Shown: piece after piece, positions 25,549 through 39,300 of the stretch
Layout: every line of letters begins with the position of its first letter
Position numbering within the stretch: the stretch's first letter is position 1
From: Octopus bimaculoides
Taxonomy: Eukaryota
Assembly: GCF_001194135.2 (NCBI RefSeq)
Contig: NC_068992.1
Span: forward strand, 29,775,792-29,839,791
Length of the DNA: 64,000 nucleotides
Direction of reading: 5' to 3'
The notes under the pieces: generated by a model
The model's input: the letters and a program-made list of their open reading frames with translations, nothing else
What the model was told of the DNA's origin: nothing
Database searches by the model: none
Translations under genes and position numbers: made by a program

Positions 25549-27239
25549 ATAATGAAAGTCAGAAAAAAAAGAAAGATACCACCACTCAATAATACACATA
25601 CACACACGCAATACACATATGTATAGTGAAAGAAATATACAGATATTTGCATTTATATCAATACATATTTACATATATACAAATATAGGCATATGTATGT
25701 GTGTGTATGTGTGTGTGTGTGCATGTGTGGGTGTGTATGTGTGTAAACACACATTATGTATGCATGTCGAGATGTATGTACGAATGTGCGTAAACATAAA
25801 TGATCTAAGTGAAATAATTTAGTGTGGCCAGTAGCATTAATTATAACTAATAAAGTTATACTGATTACCATGTAAGATAAATACTTGATTTACTGAATCT
25901 ATCTTCGTTTCGAGAGAACGTAAGAAACACCTAATGGAGTTGGCAACATTCTTCAAAACAGATGAGTGAGATAGGCTCAATAAATCGTAAATGTAAAATA
26001 TTTGCCAAAAATGTTTGCACTTGGTGACAAGTGAAAAAATGAGAACATGCGTTTCTGCAACAAAGAACATCAGCATTGTACTAACATAGAAACAATAGTT
26101 TACAGCCCTCCTTCTGTCTCCTTGTACTTTGTTGAATAGTACATTCAGCACAGTATACATGCGTTTGTAGGTCCCTATATATAAAGAATACACTGACATG
26201 GTACACATTTCTTCCTTCCTTTTAGCACGTAGCAGTCGACTGTGAATCTACTGTAGTTAGTTATACGTTTTCTTATTGAAATTAACAATATTGTTTTTGT
26301 TCATAGGGCAAATGTGTTTCTGCGTTGTAGTTTAATAAATAACGTTAGTATTTAATCCTTCCTAAAATTAGATCGAATGAATGTGGTGATATCTAAGGTA
26401 TGTTTGTCCCCAAACAACACTTATTTTAGTGCTGTTTACACCACTGAATTGAATGGTACTGCCCAGGTGTCGAAACCATAGTGATATTCGTGGGGCAGCT
26501 GATGATGGAGGTATATTGTATTGTTGGTATAGCTGTTATTTTATTTTGGAGCAGTTTTATAAGACGTCTAAGTGGTATATAATATGCAAGGTCCACTTAA
26601 AACCTACTCTAGCATTCCCTGTAAAAAATCAATCTCGTTCTCCACTTTATCACCGTCATGTATATTACATGTAATTGTAAACTTAGACTACTAATGATAA
26701 CTTATACTCTTCATTGTGACTGATCACTTTAGTGTAGCAGCTTTGCTATTCTATATTTCGTTAAGTAAGTCGAATAAATTTGACAGCTTCATTGAAAAGG
26801 ATTGATTCCTTACATTTGTAGACATCGAACAGTAAATTTAAATCAAAACATCAGTACTTAGTTTGGTAATCTTAATTTGGTACACTCAGTAAGGTTAGAT
26901 TGGTAAACTTGTAGTGGTAAGCTTGAAGTGTATACTGAAGTTAACAAATTTCATTATAGAAGACGGGTAAACGACATGGAGATAGCTGCAGTTCATAGAA
27001 TTAGATCAATAAACTTACGAGATACATTTTGATTTTTACATTTACATGAATAACATTTTGCAGTAAATGAACAACATCCATACGGGAGTAATGGTAGATT
27101 TATAAATTTTTAGGGTTATACTGGAATTACACTTAAATTGATAAACTGCTACGATGGAATTCCGAAATTGATAAAAGTAGAGCAGTGTACTTAAATGGAT
27201 ACTGTTAATGCAAAAATATAGTGGCACATTTAAACTGTT

Positions 27240-27355
27240 GCGAGTTACCGTCTGTCAATTCTACTCACAATACCTTGGTCGGCTCGTGGTTATAGTAGAA
27301 GACGCTCGCCCAGGGTGCAACGCATTGGGACGGAACCATGCGGTTCGAAAGCAAA
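27240..27355 (-). mobile_element. SINE 5' fragment, same family as 43770-44246
   Basis: CCGTCTGTCAATTCTACTCACAATACCTTGGTCGGCTCGTGGTTATAGTAGAAGAC aligns to 44103-44160. Confidence 0.75.
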
Positions 27356-27373
27356 TATCTATCTATCTATCTA

Positions 27374-27451
<78 letters not shown>
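27356..27451 (+). repeat. (ATCT)n-(CT)n-(TA)n compound microsatellite before a gap
   Basis: Direct reading. Confidence 0.95.
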
Positions 27452-28288
27452 NNNNNNNNNNNNNNNNNNNNNNNNNNNNNNNNNNNNNNNNNNNNNNNNN
27501 NNNNNNNNNNNNNNNNNNNNNNNNNNNNNNNNNNNNNNNNNNNNNNNNNNNNNNNNNNNNNNNNNNNNNNNNNNNNNNNNNNNNNNNNNNNNNNNNNNNN
27601 NNNNNNNNNNNNNNNNNNNNNNNNNNNNNNNNNNNNNNNNNNNNNNNNNNNNNNNNNNNNNNNNNNNNNNNNNNNNNNNNNNNNNNNNNNNNNNNNNNNN
27701 NNNNNNNNNNNNNNNNNNNNNNNNNNNNNNNNNNNNNNNNNNNNNNNNNNNNNNNNNNNNNNNNNNNNNNNNNNNNNNNNNNNNNNNNNNNNNNNNNNNN
27801 NNNNNNNNNNNNNNNNNNNNNNNNNNNNNNNNNNNNNNNNNNNNNNNNNNNNNNNNNNNNNNNNNNNNNNNNNNNNNNNNNNNNNNNNNNNNNNNNNNNN
27901 NNNNNNNNNNNNNNNNNNNNNNNNNNNNNNNNNNNNNNNNNNNNNNNNNNNNNNNNNNNNNNNNNNNNNNNNNNNNNNNNNNNNNNNNNNNNNNNNNNNN
28001 NNNNNNNNNNNNNNNNNNNNNNNNNNNNNNNNNNNNNNNNNNNNNNNNNNNNNNNNNNNNNNNNNNNNNNNNNNNNNNNNNNNNNNNNNNNNNNNNNNNN
28101 NNNNNNNNNNNNNNNNNNNNNNNNNNNNNNNNNNNNNNNNNNNNNNNNNNNNNNNNNNNNNNNNNNNNNNNNNNNNNNNNNNNNNNNNNNNNNNNNNNNN
28201 NNNNNNNNNNNNNNNNNNNNNNNNNNNNNNNNNNNNNNNNNNNNNNNNNNNNNNNNNNNNNATATATATATGTATATATAGGAATGTA

Positions 28289-28484
28289 TATTTGCCTCCT
28301 AAATGTGGCTAAACCTTAAGGGTTGATGGTACCGTAGCTTGTAGCCCCAGGAAGACAACTCCTCCAGCTGGCTATTGACACACTATCAGATAGCGTGTCA
28401 GTAGCAATCTGGAGATGTCTTCCTGGGGCTACAAGCTACAGTAACATCAACCCTTAAGGGTTATCCACATTTAGGTGCCAAATA
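28289..28484. mobile_element. Palindromic MITE-like element (about 196 bp, arms about 85% identical)
   Basis: TATTTGCCTCCTAAATGTGG...CTTGTAGCCCCAGGAAGACA...CTATC-A-GATAG...TGTCTTCCTGGGGCTACAAG...CCACATTTAGGTGCCAAATA. Confidence 0.8.
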
Positions 28485-28628
28485 CACTTCCCGATGTCGT
28501 GCAGCTACTGTTTATACCTCGCCCAGAGATTTATTATATTTGTTTGTGTGTGTGTGTGTGTACGCGTGTATGTGTGTGTGTGTGTGTGTACGTGTATGTA
28601 TATTCATATACATATATATATATATATA

Positions 28629-29111
28629 TTTCATACGTGTACATGTTTTAAATGCGTATATGTGTGTGTGTATGCATATATGTGTATAATGAGTTAGGTG
28701 AGAGGAAACGACGTGAATATAATGAACAAGGGGCGTCGTGTGAGACATAAATAACTCTGCTGGCTGGACCTTGTTGATCAAAGCTAACTTATCATTAACA
28801 CATTACGTGCTATCTCCAAGTTTANNNNNNNNNNNNNNNNNNNNNNNNATATATATATATATATATACATATACATACATACACACTCTCAGACACTCAT
28901 ATATATATATATATATTTCATACGTGTACATGTTTTAAATGCGTATATGTGTGTGTGTATGCATATATGTGTATAATGAGTTAGGTGAGAGGAAACGACG
29001 TGAATATAATGAACAAGGGGCGTCGTGTGAGACATAAATAACTCTGCTGGCTGGACCTTGTTGATCAAAGCTAACTTATCATTAACACATTACGTGCTAT
29101 CTCCAAGTTTA
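28629..29111 (+). repeat. Identical 196-bp direct duplication straddling a 24-N gap (probable assembly or haplotype artefact)
   Basis: 28629-28824 equals 28916-29111 with no difference seen. Confidence 0.85.
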
Positions 29112-31094
29112 ACTAATATCATTTAACACTTCACTACTTTTCAGTCTGGTCGGACAGGATATTATTTTGAAATTAGATAGTAACTGAGAAGCATTTTCGA
29201 AAAATGTAATGCTGCGGCTTGCAGAGCGTTATTTTATCAATATTTGCCTGAAACCGATAGCTATTTCTGTCAAAGTGGGCTGTGATATATGAGCTTAAGA
29301 GTGAAACTATTAAGGCGATATAAAGTAAAATAGTAAAGAAAAAGAAAAGAACGATCAAGAGTAGGGTATTTACTACATCATTTCTTGATCATTGACATAA
29401 AAAATAGAAAATTGCTGTTCAATATTTAAGATGTATTACCCAATATGTACATATTTGTCGTTATTGATATTTCTAACAATATCTTCTTGGTTGATCGAGT
29501 GGCGTGTTAGGGAAAAAAGTATTAAAAGAAAAAAGAGAGAATGAAAGGCGGTTAAATATATGCAGAAAAAAAGAATAGAAATATAAAAATTTAATATTAC
29601 TAAGCTCCAGGCGTCAACCTTGGGTGGTGGGTCTCAATGCTATAATTGCATTGGTCGCGCTAGATTGATGTAGATATAAGTTTCGATCGTCAAATATGCC
29701 ATACAAACCCTATGTATCATAATAAACTTCACATTTTCTTATATGCACATCGAAGTCATTGGGTAATAAATGTCACAATTAAATGCACTGAAAATACTGT
29801 TATAACTAGCAATGCAGCGTATCAAATATTGATTTATTTACTTGTTTATAAATATATTGATGTATTGTGCATATATACCGAATATTAACAGTGGCTATAT
29901 GTGCCATCACTAATATTTGACATATAGAACAGTTATCTGCTACGTGTCAACGCCCGAATTGAAGTGATATTACTCTAGAGCGCAATTTCTGCAAGTAAGT
30001 TTCTATAATGATTGAATACAGTTCGTTTCATAACATTCATTTCAGTTCATTGTGCTCAAGGTCAAAAGCAACTACAGATCTTAAAATACTCTTGGATATT
30101 AAGGATTTCATATGATATTTAGTACGTATGTGATATATTTCATAAAGACACTGGTTATTATGTATGATATATTAATTATTGTTTTAATATTATGGGAATA
30201 TCGCGACACAACTATAAAATATTACTCAGCTGAAAATTGAAAACGAAACTCTTTTTGCAGATCTTTGAAACCAGAGAAAGATGTGGTATCGTTGTAACTT
30301 AACCACAGTTTAATCCTGAACAGGAAAATCTCTGCTTTAAAGCAATCCGCTCATAGGTACCCTGTCTTATATTAAGGCAACCAATGTGTCCAGTCAATTA
30401 CAAAACAAAACAAAACAAGTAGGGTGTGACTTAAAGAGAGATCTGTCAGACATTTCTAGAGTGTCGAGCGATCCTGTTGATGTTAAACTGAGAATCCGTT
30501 GGCTTTCTCTTAGCTAGCAGAATATCTTGAAACGGTAAGTTATTGACTGAAACAGATGATAATGAAATTCACTTCTGAATATTTCGACGCAATATATACT
30601 TCATTAAGCTTTGAAAATATGTATTCCATAATGACATTACTGGATATTACTTTTTGTCTGTTGTAATTCAACGCAATTGTGATAAAATGTTGGATGGAAG
30701 TTAGATAAAAATAATTGAGAGAAAGTGCAATGTCTGCAATTTCATGTACAGTAACAAACAGAAGTCTATGATGAGAAAAGACAGTTACTTCTTTTATTGA
30801 AGTGCTAAGAGTTATACGTTGGAAAGAATACATGTCACACAAACATCCATTTAAAGTGTGTCGGTTACGACAGATCGAACATATCTTAAATAAACCATGT
30901 TATTCATTACAAGAAAGCAGGAAAATGAAATTTAGAAAAAAGATATCAAAAGATTGTCCAAGAAAGGAAAAAAAAACACGTTTGCAGGCAGAAAAAAAGA
31001 ACATGTTCAAATGCACATACATTCACACAAGCATTAGTTTGTAGAAACACACAGACACACATGCATACAGACGCAACTACATCACTTGCGAACA

Positions 31095-31121
31095 CACACA
31101 CACACACACACACCACTAGCG

Positions 31122-31207
<86 letters not shown>

Positions 31208-31210
31208 ACA
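31095..31210 (+). repeat. (CA)n microsatellite
   Basis: Direct reading. Confidence 0.95.
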
Positions 31211-31989
31211 CACAATAGTTTAAAGAACGTCGTACAGAACATTTTTTCATGACGAAGTATCAGTTCTAACCGTATACAATGTAAAATGGAATATCTGCAA
31301 CATACAGTTAAAAAATAGTTTGGTATTTTCATTTCACTTGAACGTATATAACACTACTTCTATAATGCCAAATGCAGACACACACACACACACACACATA
31401 CACACGCATACACACACACCCACACTAACACACACGCACACACACACACGCTCGCACACACAAACGTGTGTGTGTATATATCATTGTTAGAGTTTTCAAT
31501 TGTTCCATTGTAGTCATAAACATAATACTATGACTTTCTCTTGAGATATATATATATATATATATATATACATGCGTATGCATAGACACACAGATACATA
31601 CAAACACACGTACGCACGTATTCATATATGTCTGCGGCACGTGCGCATACAAAACTTTCTTTGTGTCAATTTAACTTTCCGCACAGATTAAGTGTCATTA
31701 GTGTGGTGAATAAATTAGGCACATATTTACCTTTATCATAAATTACGACCGTTTTGATACAACTTTCATAATCGATGTACGGACATACTATATTTGTTGG
31801 GGTAAAATAAAAAATGGTCATATCCCATTCAACCTATTCTACCTCAAAGAATTCCCAAATCCCCGGTTTATATCAATGTATTTCTTTTTTAACATGGATA
31901 AAATGAAACTATTCCATCGTGTCATACATGTTTATTGTGAAAGTGTTATGGAAGAATTATTAGAATAATATACACTGTCTAACAAAATA

Positions 31990-32165
31990 CCATGCAGAAT
32001 TGTTTACTCGATTTTTTGTTCCACATTTAAATCTCAGCGAGGCCATTTTGCTATTCCCCACTTAAGAGTTGATAACTAATGCTATCATTTAAGTATGGAT
32101 TCATTGTAATAGGCTCAACAAGTCCCCAAACATTTTTAGCCTTGTGCCTGAGCTATTAAAAATTA
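31990..32165 (+). mobile_element. Degraded SINE, same family as 46862-47087
   Basis: AAATCTCAGCGAGGCCATTTTGCT...CCCCAAACATTTTTAGCCTTGTGCCT matches the 3' end of that copy. Confidence 0.55.
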
Positions 32166-32227
32166 CGTTAGTTTTGTAACATAAATATTAATTAGTTGTC
32201 CTATAGCATTAATTATATATATACATA

Positions 32228-32267
<40 letters not shown>

Positions 32268-33595
32268 CACACACTCACCCACACACATACACTCACACAC
32301 ACATATATATATACATCATTCTTATTTAAGATCTTACAGTATGATTTGAGGCAGATATACCTACTAATTCTAACATGGCGAACAAAATCGAAATACTTCT
32401 CTTAATTGATAATGAAATGCTAATTCATTCATTCCAAACTGATCTCTAACTAGGAACTTTTCATTCTAGGATTTGCAACCTGACCATTTCTCATTCCAAG
32501 ATATCCTCTCTAAAGTATCATCAACCGTCTGATGTCTCTGAGCAAATTGTTCAGCTGATCATTATAATTAATACATTAAAATGATATCAAAATAAAATTG
32601 TAAATAAATAATATGGTTTTGTTCCCATAGCAGACTGCAAAAATCCTGTGATATCAGATTTTTTTCCAAAATTGAATTATGAATATTTTATGTATGATGT
32701 GTTTGCCATCACAAAACGAACAGCATGTCTAAAATGTCTAAATTATTTTCCTTTGCATACTATTTGAATCACTGTTGCTTTATACAAATAACCGTACGGC
32801 ATACAATGAACTCTCCCAGTTAGGATTCTTTATAGATTTTGATATATCAACTTTTAGAGTATATATTCAAATATCACACTCACACACGCATACACAGATT
32901 ATACGAGTGTGTGTTTCGCGGGTGCGTATGTGTATCTATGTATGCAAGTATGTGTAGCAGCGCAATTAATATAGCAATAACAGTTCAATTTCTAGCGTTA
33001 AATTTTAGTAGCATTACATCGTTGGATTTGAGTTCGTGAAAAGCATTAAAGAAAATACCTATCTATTATTTCAATATATAAATCAAAACTTGTATAATTC
33101 AACCGTATTCTAAATTCCTGTGCATTATTTGTCCACTTCAGAAAAAAAGATATATACAGAATCGTGCAGTAACTGGATGTGAATAACGTGTCAGTAGACA
33201 AGTTGATATGCAATAGTATTTGCAGCTTCTCGAAAACCTGGCTTTAACGTACATTAGAGATATATTGTAGAACCCAATTAGAATAACATTTATTGGTGTG
33301 AACTTAGCAACCAGTGGACATAATTAATTACCTAAGAACGAAAACAGTGAGGAAATTAACAGTTCATTACGCTGAACTAATAGATTCTCTTTTGATTTCA
33401 TGCAATGCTCAATTTTCAAACGTTGCTCCTTGTGAAATTCATATGCTATATAAAAGCATACTTTCTATTCTTTGATTTCATTTGCTTTCTGTCTGACCTT
33501 TAGCATCTTCTATTTTTCTAATTTATTTCCGTATATACTGCAGTTATTATATTCATTTATTGACGCATACAGATACACATATGGATGCGTATAAT

Positions 33596-33648
<53 letters not shown>

Positions 33649-33680
33649 NNNNNNNNNNNNNNNNNNNNNNNNNNNNNNNT

Positions 33681-33867
33681 ATTAATCACAACAGTCATTT
33701 CGCCCCATATCGCATCGCTGCAGATGAGTCTCGTCCGGTGACTCGATTCCACTTGGTTCTATTTTAATATTATTTGCTTGTAACTGATTGCATATAGGTT
33801 TCATGGTTTGAAATCTCACACGCGAGGTACCGATGCAAGATGGGTCGAAACGATCGTTGTGATTAAT
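33681..33867. repeat. Inverted repeat with 37-bp arms between (TA)n/gap and (CA)n
   Basis: ATTAATCACAACAGTCATTTCGCCCCATATCGCATCG vs reverse complement ATTAATCACAACGATCGTTTCGACCCATCTTGCATCG. Confidence 0.8.
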
Positions 33868-33905
33868 GAAGAGTCTCGTGAATTCCACACACAGACACAC
33901 ACACG

Positions 33906-33971
<66 letters not shown>

Positions 33972-33983
33972 CGTATATACATA

Positions 33984-34230
33984 TAATAATAATAAAAATG
34001 ATCGTAGGATGGAGTTAATAAATATTTAATGCATCGCTACGCGCATTTCCACGAATCACATGATTTTTAAGATCACCGTCCGTATTCCTACGATGATTAC
34101 GGAATACACTGTAATCATTCTGAGAATACGGACTGGGATCTTAAACGTCTTGTGATTTGTGGAAACGTGCGTAGCGATGCATTACATATTTATTAACTCC
34201 ATCCTAGGATCATTTTTATTATTATTATTA
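33984..34230. mobile_element. Fold-back/MITE-like palindrome (about 117 bp arms, 10-nt loop) bounded by (TAA)n
   Basis: 33984-34100 vs reverse complement of 34111-34230 at about 85%; shared AATAAAAATGATCxTAGGATGGAGTTAATAAATAT and TAATGCATCGCTACGC. Confidence 0.85.
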
Positions 34231-34370
34231 TCCTACATTATATCGGTGTAACTTGATGCAACCCAGGAAAACTGTCTCATTAGACAGTATTAGTAGACGG
34301 TGGTCGGCATAATGGCATAGGAGCTTTATTTACATTATCATAACGTTACCATAAACGACTTTAAAAGATA

Positions 34371-35627
34371 TAGGGTCATCTCTTAAATAATGCCGTCTTT
34401 TAAAGTCGGAGTGGGACGTAATAACTTTCCTGCATCAACTTGCCATAAATGCTGGTAGTAATTTTACCTTCCCCTTATTCTTAGTGCAAGTTTTAAAGAG
34501 TGCAAGTCGATTTTAACAGTTATTTTTTCAAAGCTATAAGAGAAGTCTCAAAGGCGCATATTCGGCATATTTTGCTTTATGAGTTAAATAAAGGTAATTA
34601 CGCAACGGAAAAGTGCGAGGAATATTAATACTGTATATGGGGATCGGACATTAAGCGTAAGTCAGTGTCAACGATGGTACCAGAAATTCCGAACCGGAAA
34701 CCAAAGTCTGGAAGACGATCCTCGTCATGAAAGATCTGTAGACCTCGTCGAGGACGCCCTACAAACAAAATCCCATCATAACTGTTGAGGAACTAGAAGA
34801 GAAACTTGTATTTGGTCATTCAACCCTTCATCGAAACCTGCATGCCATCGAAAAAGTCAGTAACTTGAGTCAATGGATTCCCCACAAACTTTCCGAGTCT
34901 AATTGCACGCTGAGAGTGAATGTGTGCTCTTCTTTGCTGACTCATCTCATGAATGAACCTTTTATGGACAGATTACTGACTGGTGATGAAAAATGGGTTC
35001 TCTATAAAAATGTCAAGCGCCGAAGTCAGTGGCTAGGGAAAAGAGAAAAAACCGACACCCTAAGCTAAAGAAGGTCTTCACACACGTAAGATGCTGTTAT
35101 CTATTTGTTGGGATATGAAATGTTTAGTCCACTTGGAACTTTTAAGCCCAAATCAAACGATGACAAAGATCTACTGTGAGCAGCTTGAGCGGCTAAAGTC
35201 AGCGGTAGAGGGAAAACTACCATCTTTGGTTTCAAAACGAAAGGTGTTCTTCCATCAGGATAATGCTCGGCCATATACAGTGACGATAACATTCGAGAGG
35301 CTGGAGCAGTTTCAATGGGAAACGATGCCCCACCCACCATATTCGTCGAATATTGCCCCATCTGATTATCATTTGTTCCATAGTCTTCAATATCATTTCA
35401 GCGGAAAAAATATGAATTCTGTAGACGAGGTCAGAACAGTAGTGGAGGAGTATTTTTCACGGACAAGTGAATTTTGGAAGAGTGGCGGTGCAGGTCTACC
35501 AGATAGATGGAAGAACATCGAAGAAAATGAAGGAGAGTACATTTTAGATTTTCCCAAAACTTTTGTTTTTCTTAATTTTGAAAAATAAAAGGATAAAATT
35601 CCGCATTATTTATGGTATGGCCCAGTA
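34371..35627 (+). mobile_element. Near-full-length mariner (DD34D) with disrupted transposase
   Basis: HIRHILLYE..., QWIPHKLS, TGDEKW, FHQDNARP-(34 aa)-SDYHLF; stops and frameshifts; imperfect TIRs (TAGGGTCATCTCTTAAATAATGCCG vs TACTGGGCCATACCATAAATAATGCGG) with TA flanks. Confidence 0.95.
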
Positions 35628-35633
35628 TACAGA

Positions 35634-35695
<62 letters not shown>

Positions 35696-35729
35696 CATTT
35701 ATATATATGTGTGTTTGTATGTATATGAG

Positions 35730-35786
<57 letters not shown>

Positions 35787-36312
35787 ATGAGTATATATGC
35801 ATATAATGTATACATATACACATATATGTATATTTATGTATATAGATGTAAATATACACAAATATGTTCGTTCTTCTAGAATGTAATTGTGTGCGTCTGT
35901 ATATGTGTAAATAGATGAGAGAATCTAAAGGCAAATTGACTTTAGGAAGTGATATGATATTTTTGGTTACAAAGTTTGACCATTAAACTCATCGATTCTC
36001 AAACGTCTTCAAAAGTTGGCAACGATATTGCTCTGCCGGAACAACTGAATCTCAAAGAATTACATCTAATTATAAAGAAAAAGCCAGCAGCAATGTTCTA
36101 GTGAAGTGTTCCAATAAAACTTGAAGAGGTAAAGAACGCTTGTTTTGTCATTTGTCCATTTAACCATTTATGTATCACTTTATCATTCTACCTGAAAATC
36201 TGTCTCCCATTTCGTCTCCGTTTGTCGATATATCTATATAGAATTGCATACTTACACACACACACAAACATTGACCCATCCATACACATATGTATGCGAA
36301 TACATACACACA

Positions 36313-36382
<70 letters not shown>

Positions 36383-39300
36383 CATACATATATATACATA
36401 TATATATGTATATGTATATATATGTGTGTATATATATATANNNNNNNNNNNNNNNNNNNNNNNNNNNNNNNNNNNNNNNNNNNNNNNNNNNNNNNNNNNN
36501 NNNNNNNNNNNNNNNNNNNNNNNNNNNNNNNTTTAGATGTGTATATGCAGATAAACGAGCCTATATATATGTACGAACGGGTGTTTTCATGTACATATAT
36601 GTATATATATATGCTTGCGTATACCCTGGAAATGCCATTAAACTGCATCTTCTGTTGACGCTCTAGCTCAGGAGTACTGGAGTTTTGGGGATCATGGAGT
36701 CATCAGTTACAATTATTCCCAAATCCGTTCTAACCCGGAAAGGTTGTACCTATCAGGGTCCTATTTAAGAGTTACATAGATGTCCCAGGTGTAGAGGAGG
36801 CTCACGTTAGTTGGAGAGAGCTGTGAAGAACGCTGCTTTTTTAGAAGAAGTATGCTCTGACATAAAATTTTCTGTTAAAAGAGTATAAGTCGTTTTGCAG
36901 TGCTTGTCACGGGATCTCACTATCACGACCGACAGAATGGCAAAAAATTACGTAGAAATTTGTGTCACTTAAATACTATGATATACATCCATATATTCAT
37001 GCATATGGTGAGAAAACAAAGGCTGAAAATATTCAGATGAAGTATATTCATGTATAAATATATAAATATTTATATATTAAAAGAAGGAAACTTGCAAACG
37101 CACAAAGAATTAAGGAGTGAAAGCTTGGCTATACAAGTTCGACAGCTATTTCAGGGGGCTCGGAACTACATCATAATGCAGGCAGATGTAATTCACAAAA
37201 TGTCATGGCTATGCAACCAATAGCAGAAGCGTATACACATTAGGTAGATCCGAACATCGTTCTCAGCGTGGAGAGGTAAGTACCTAACATTTCAAATGAT
37301 CATGCAGGGAAATCTAAAGGCAAACTGGATGAAGAGAAAGGCAAATAGTAGTATGCGGAGGAAAGAGGTAGGTAAACCGTTGGGGTTGTAGCCAGTGTTA
37401 TAGTAAGTAGATGGTAAGAAGAGATAGGAGAGTCAAATGAGGAAGAGGGAGGGTGTGAGTGATCGGCGTATTGACAGAAGTAGGAATGTGGAGAGTTGGG
37501 AGATGAGTAGGAGGAGTGAGATGGTAGTATTGTGAAGGGTGATCATTGTTGTTGGTTTCGACAACAAATACTAACAGGGATGATAGAAAAGGGAGTATGT
37601 ATGTACATATACACCTATGTGTGTGGGTTATGTGGTGTGTGTGGGGTGGGGGTGTATGTGTGGGTGTGTGGTTGTGCGAGCTTCTTGAGATATAACTCAC
37701 ACATAATTTGGTAGAGCAATTTTCCATCGTGAAATCTGCATTCTCTCTTCAAAAAATAAAAAAAAAAGCATAGAATAAACGTTCGGTATGCTGCGGAATC
37801 ACCTGTGCCTGCGCAATTGAGTAAACTGGTTACAATAGTATCTGGGTGTGTAAAGAAAGAGTTTGATAATAAAATTATAATTAGTTAACAGTGCACATTT
37901 GGAGACACGTAGCTGCGTATATAACAATCCTATAAGCTGCTACGTTACACGAACAAAGAAGCAGGTGGGTTTTGGTCTATAAATTATATTCTTATAATAG
38001 GCAAACAAAAAGTACATCAGTCAGAATACTTAAGCATGCAGAAAAGCTAACATGTAATATTTCATATAAAGCTAGTAAATATATGAGTGTCTATTATTTT
38101 TATTATTCTTTTGCATATGAACACTTAATATGTAATTATATGAAGAGGATAATTTAAACTTCAGACAAAAAATTCTTTCATATACTTTCAGTTGCGTTTT
38201 TTCTATCTCAGATTACATATATGCACTGTTGTATGTATGTACATATGTACACACACACACACACACACACACANNNNNNNNNNNNNNNNNNNNNNNNNNN
38301 NNNNNNNNNNNNNNNNNNNNNNNNNNNNNNNNNNNNNNNNNNNNNNNNNNNNNNNNNNNNNNNNNNNNNNNNNNNNNNNNNNNNNNNNNNNNNNNNNNNN
38401 NNNNNNNNNNNNNNNNNNNNNNNNNNNNNNNNNNNNNNNNNNNNNNNNNNNNNNNNNNNNNNNNNNNNNNNNNNNNNNNNNNNNNNNNNNNNNNNNNNNN
38501 NNNNNNNNNNNNNNNNNNNNNNNNNNNNNNNNNNNNNNNNNNNNNNNNNNNNNNNNNNNNNNNNNNNNNNNNNNNNNNNNNNNNNNNNNNNNNNNNNNNN
38601 NNNNNNNNNNNNNNNNNNNNNNNNNNNNNNNNNNNNNNNNNNNNNNNNNNNNNNNNNNNNNNNNNNNNNNNNNNNNNNNNNNNNNNNNNNNNNNNNNNNN
38701 NNNNNNNNNNNNNNNNNNNNNNNNNNNNNNNNNNNNNNNNNNNNNNNNNNNNNNNNNNNNNNNNNNNNNNNNNNNNNNNNNNNNNNNNNNNNNNNNNNNN
38801 NNNNNNNNNNNNNNNNNNNNNNNNNNNNNNNNNNNNNNNNNNNNNNNNNNNNNNNNNNNNNNNNNNNNNNNNNNNNNNNNNNNNNNNNNNNNNNNNNNNN
38901 NNNNNNNNNNNNNNNNNNNNNNNNNNNNNNNNNNNNNNNNNNNNNNNNNNNNNNNNNNNNNNNNNNNNNNNNNNNNNNNNNNATATAAAACGAAGTACAG
39001 CATTGATTGTTCCGTAGTAAGGTATGTGAAACCATACAATATAATTTCCAGGAGATGCCGTCTCTACTCCGAGGAATCCCTGTCAATTCTGTGGACTTGG
39101 TAGAAGATAACTAATAGAATTTTTGAACGACTCTCGGGAAGCCTACACGCATATAAAGGTACTTTCGCACAATGCAGTGAGAATGAATTTTGAGTAACCG
39201 TTAACTTACCTTATTTACTTTAAGGTAGGAATGACTTAAGTTTACTTTTAACCTCCCCATTCTTATAAACACCAAGTTGATAAATACATCGCTTTGTGAT

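Noticed and set aside
28629-29111. Perfect 196-bp tandem duplication
   Set aside because: It is identical and straddles a 24-N gap with differing upstream microsatellite, so unmerged contig overlap or two haplotypes is more likely than a biological duplication.
34125-34185. GAAACGTGCGTA resembling a hammerhead 3' core inside the palindrome
   Set aside because: No CTGANGA and no credible stem I or stem II in either arm.
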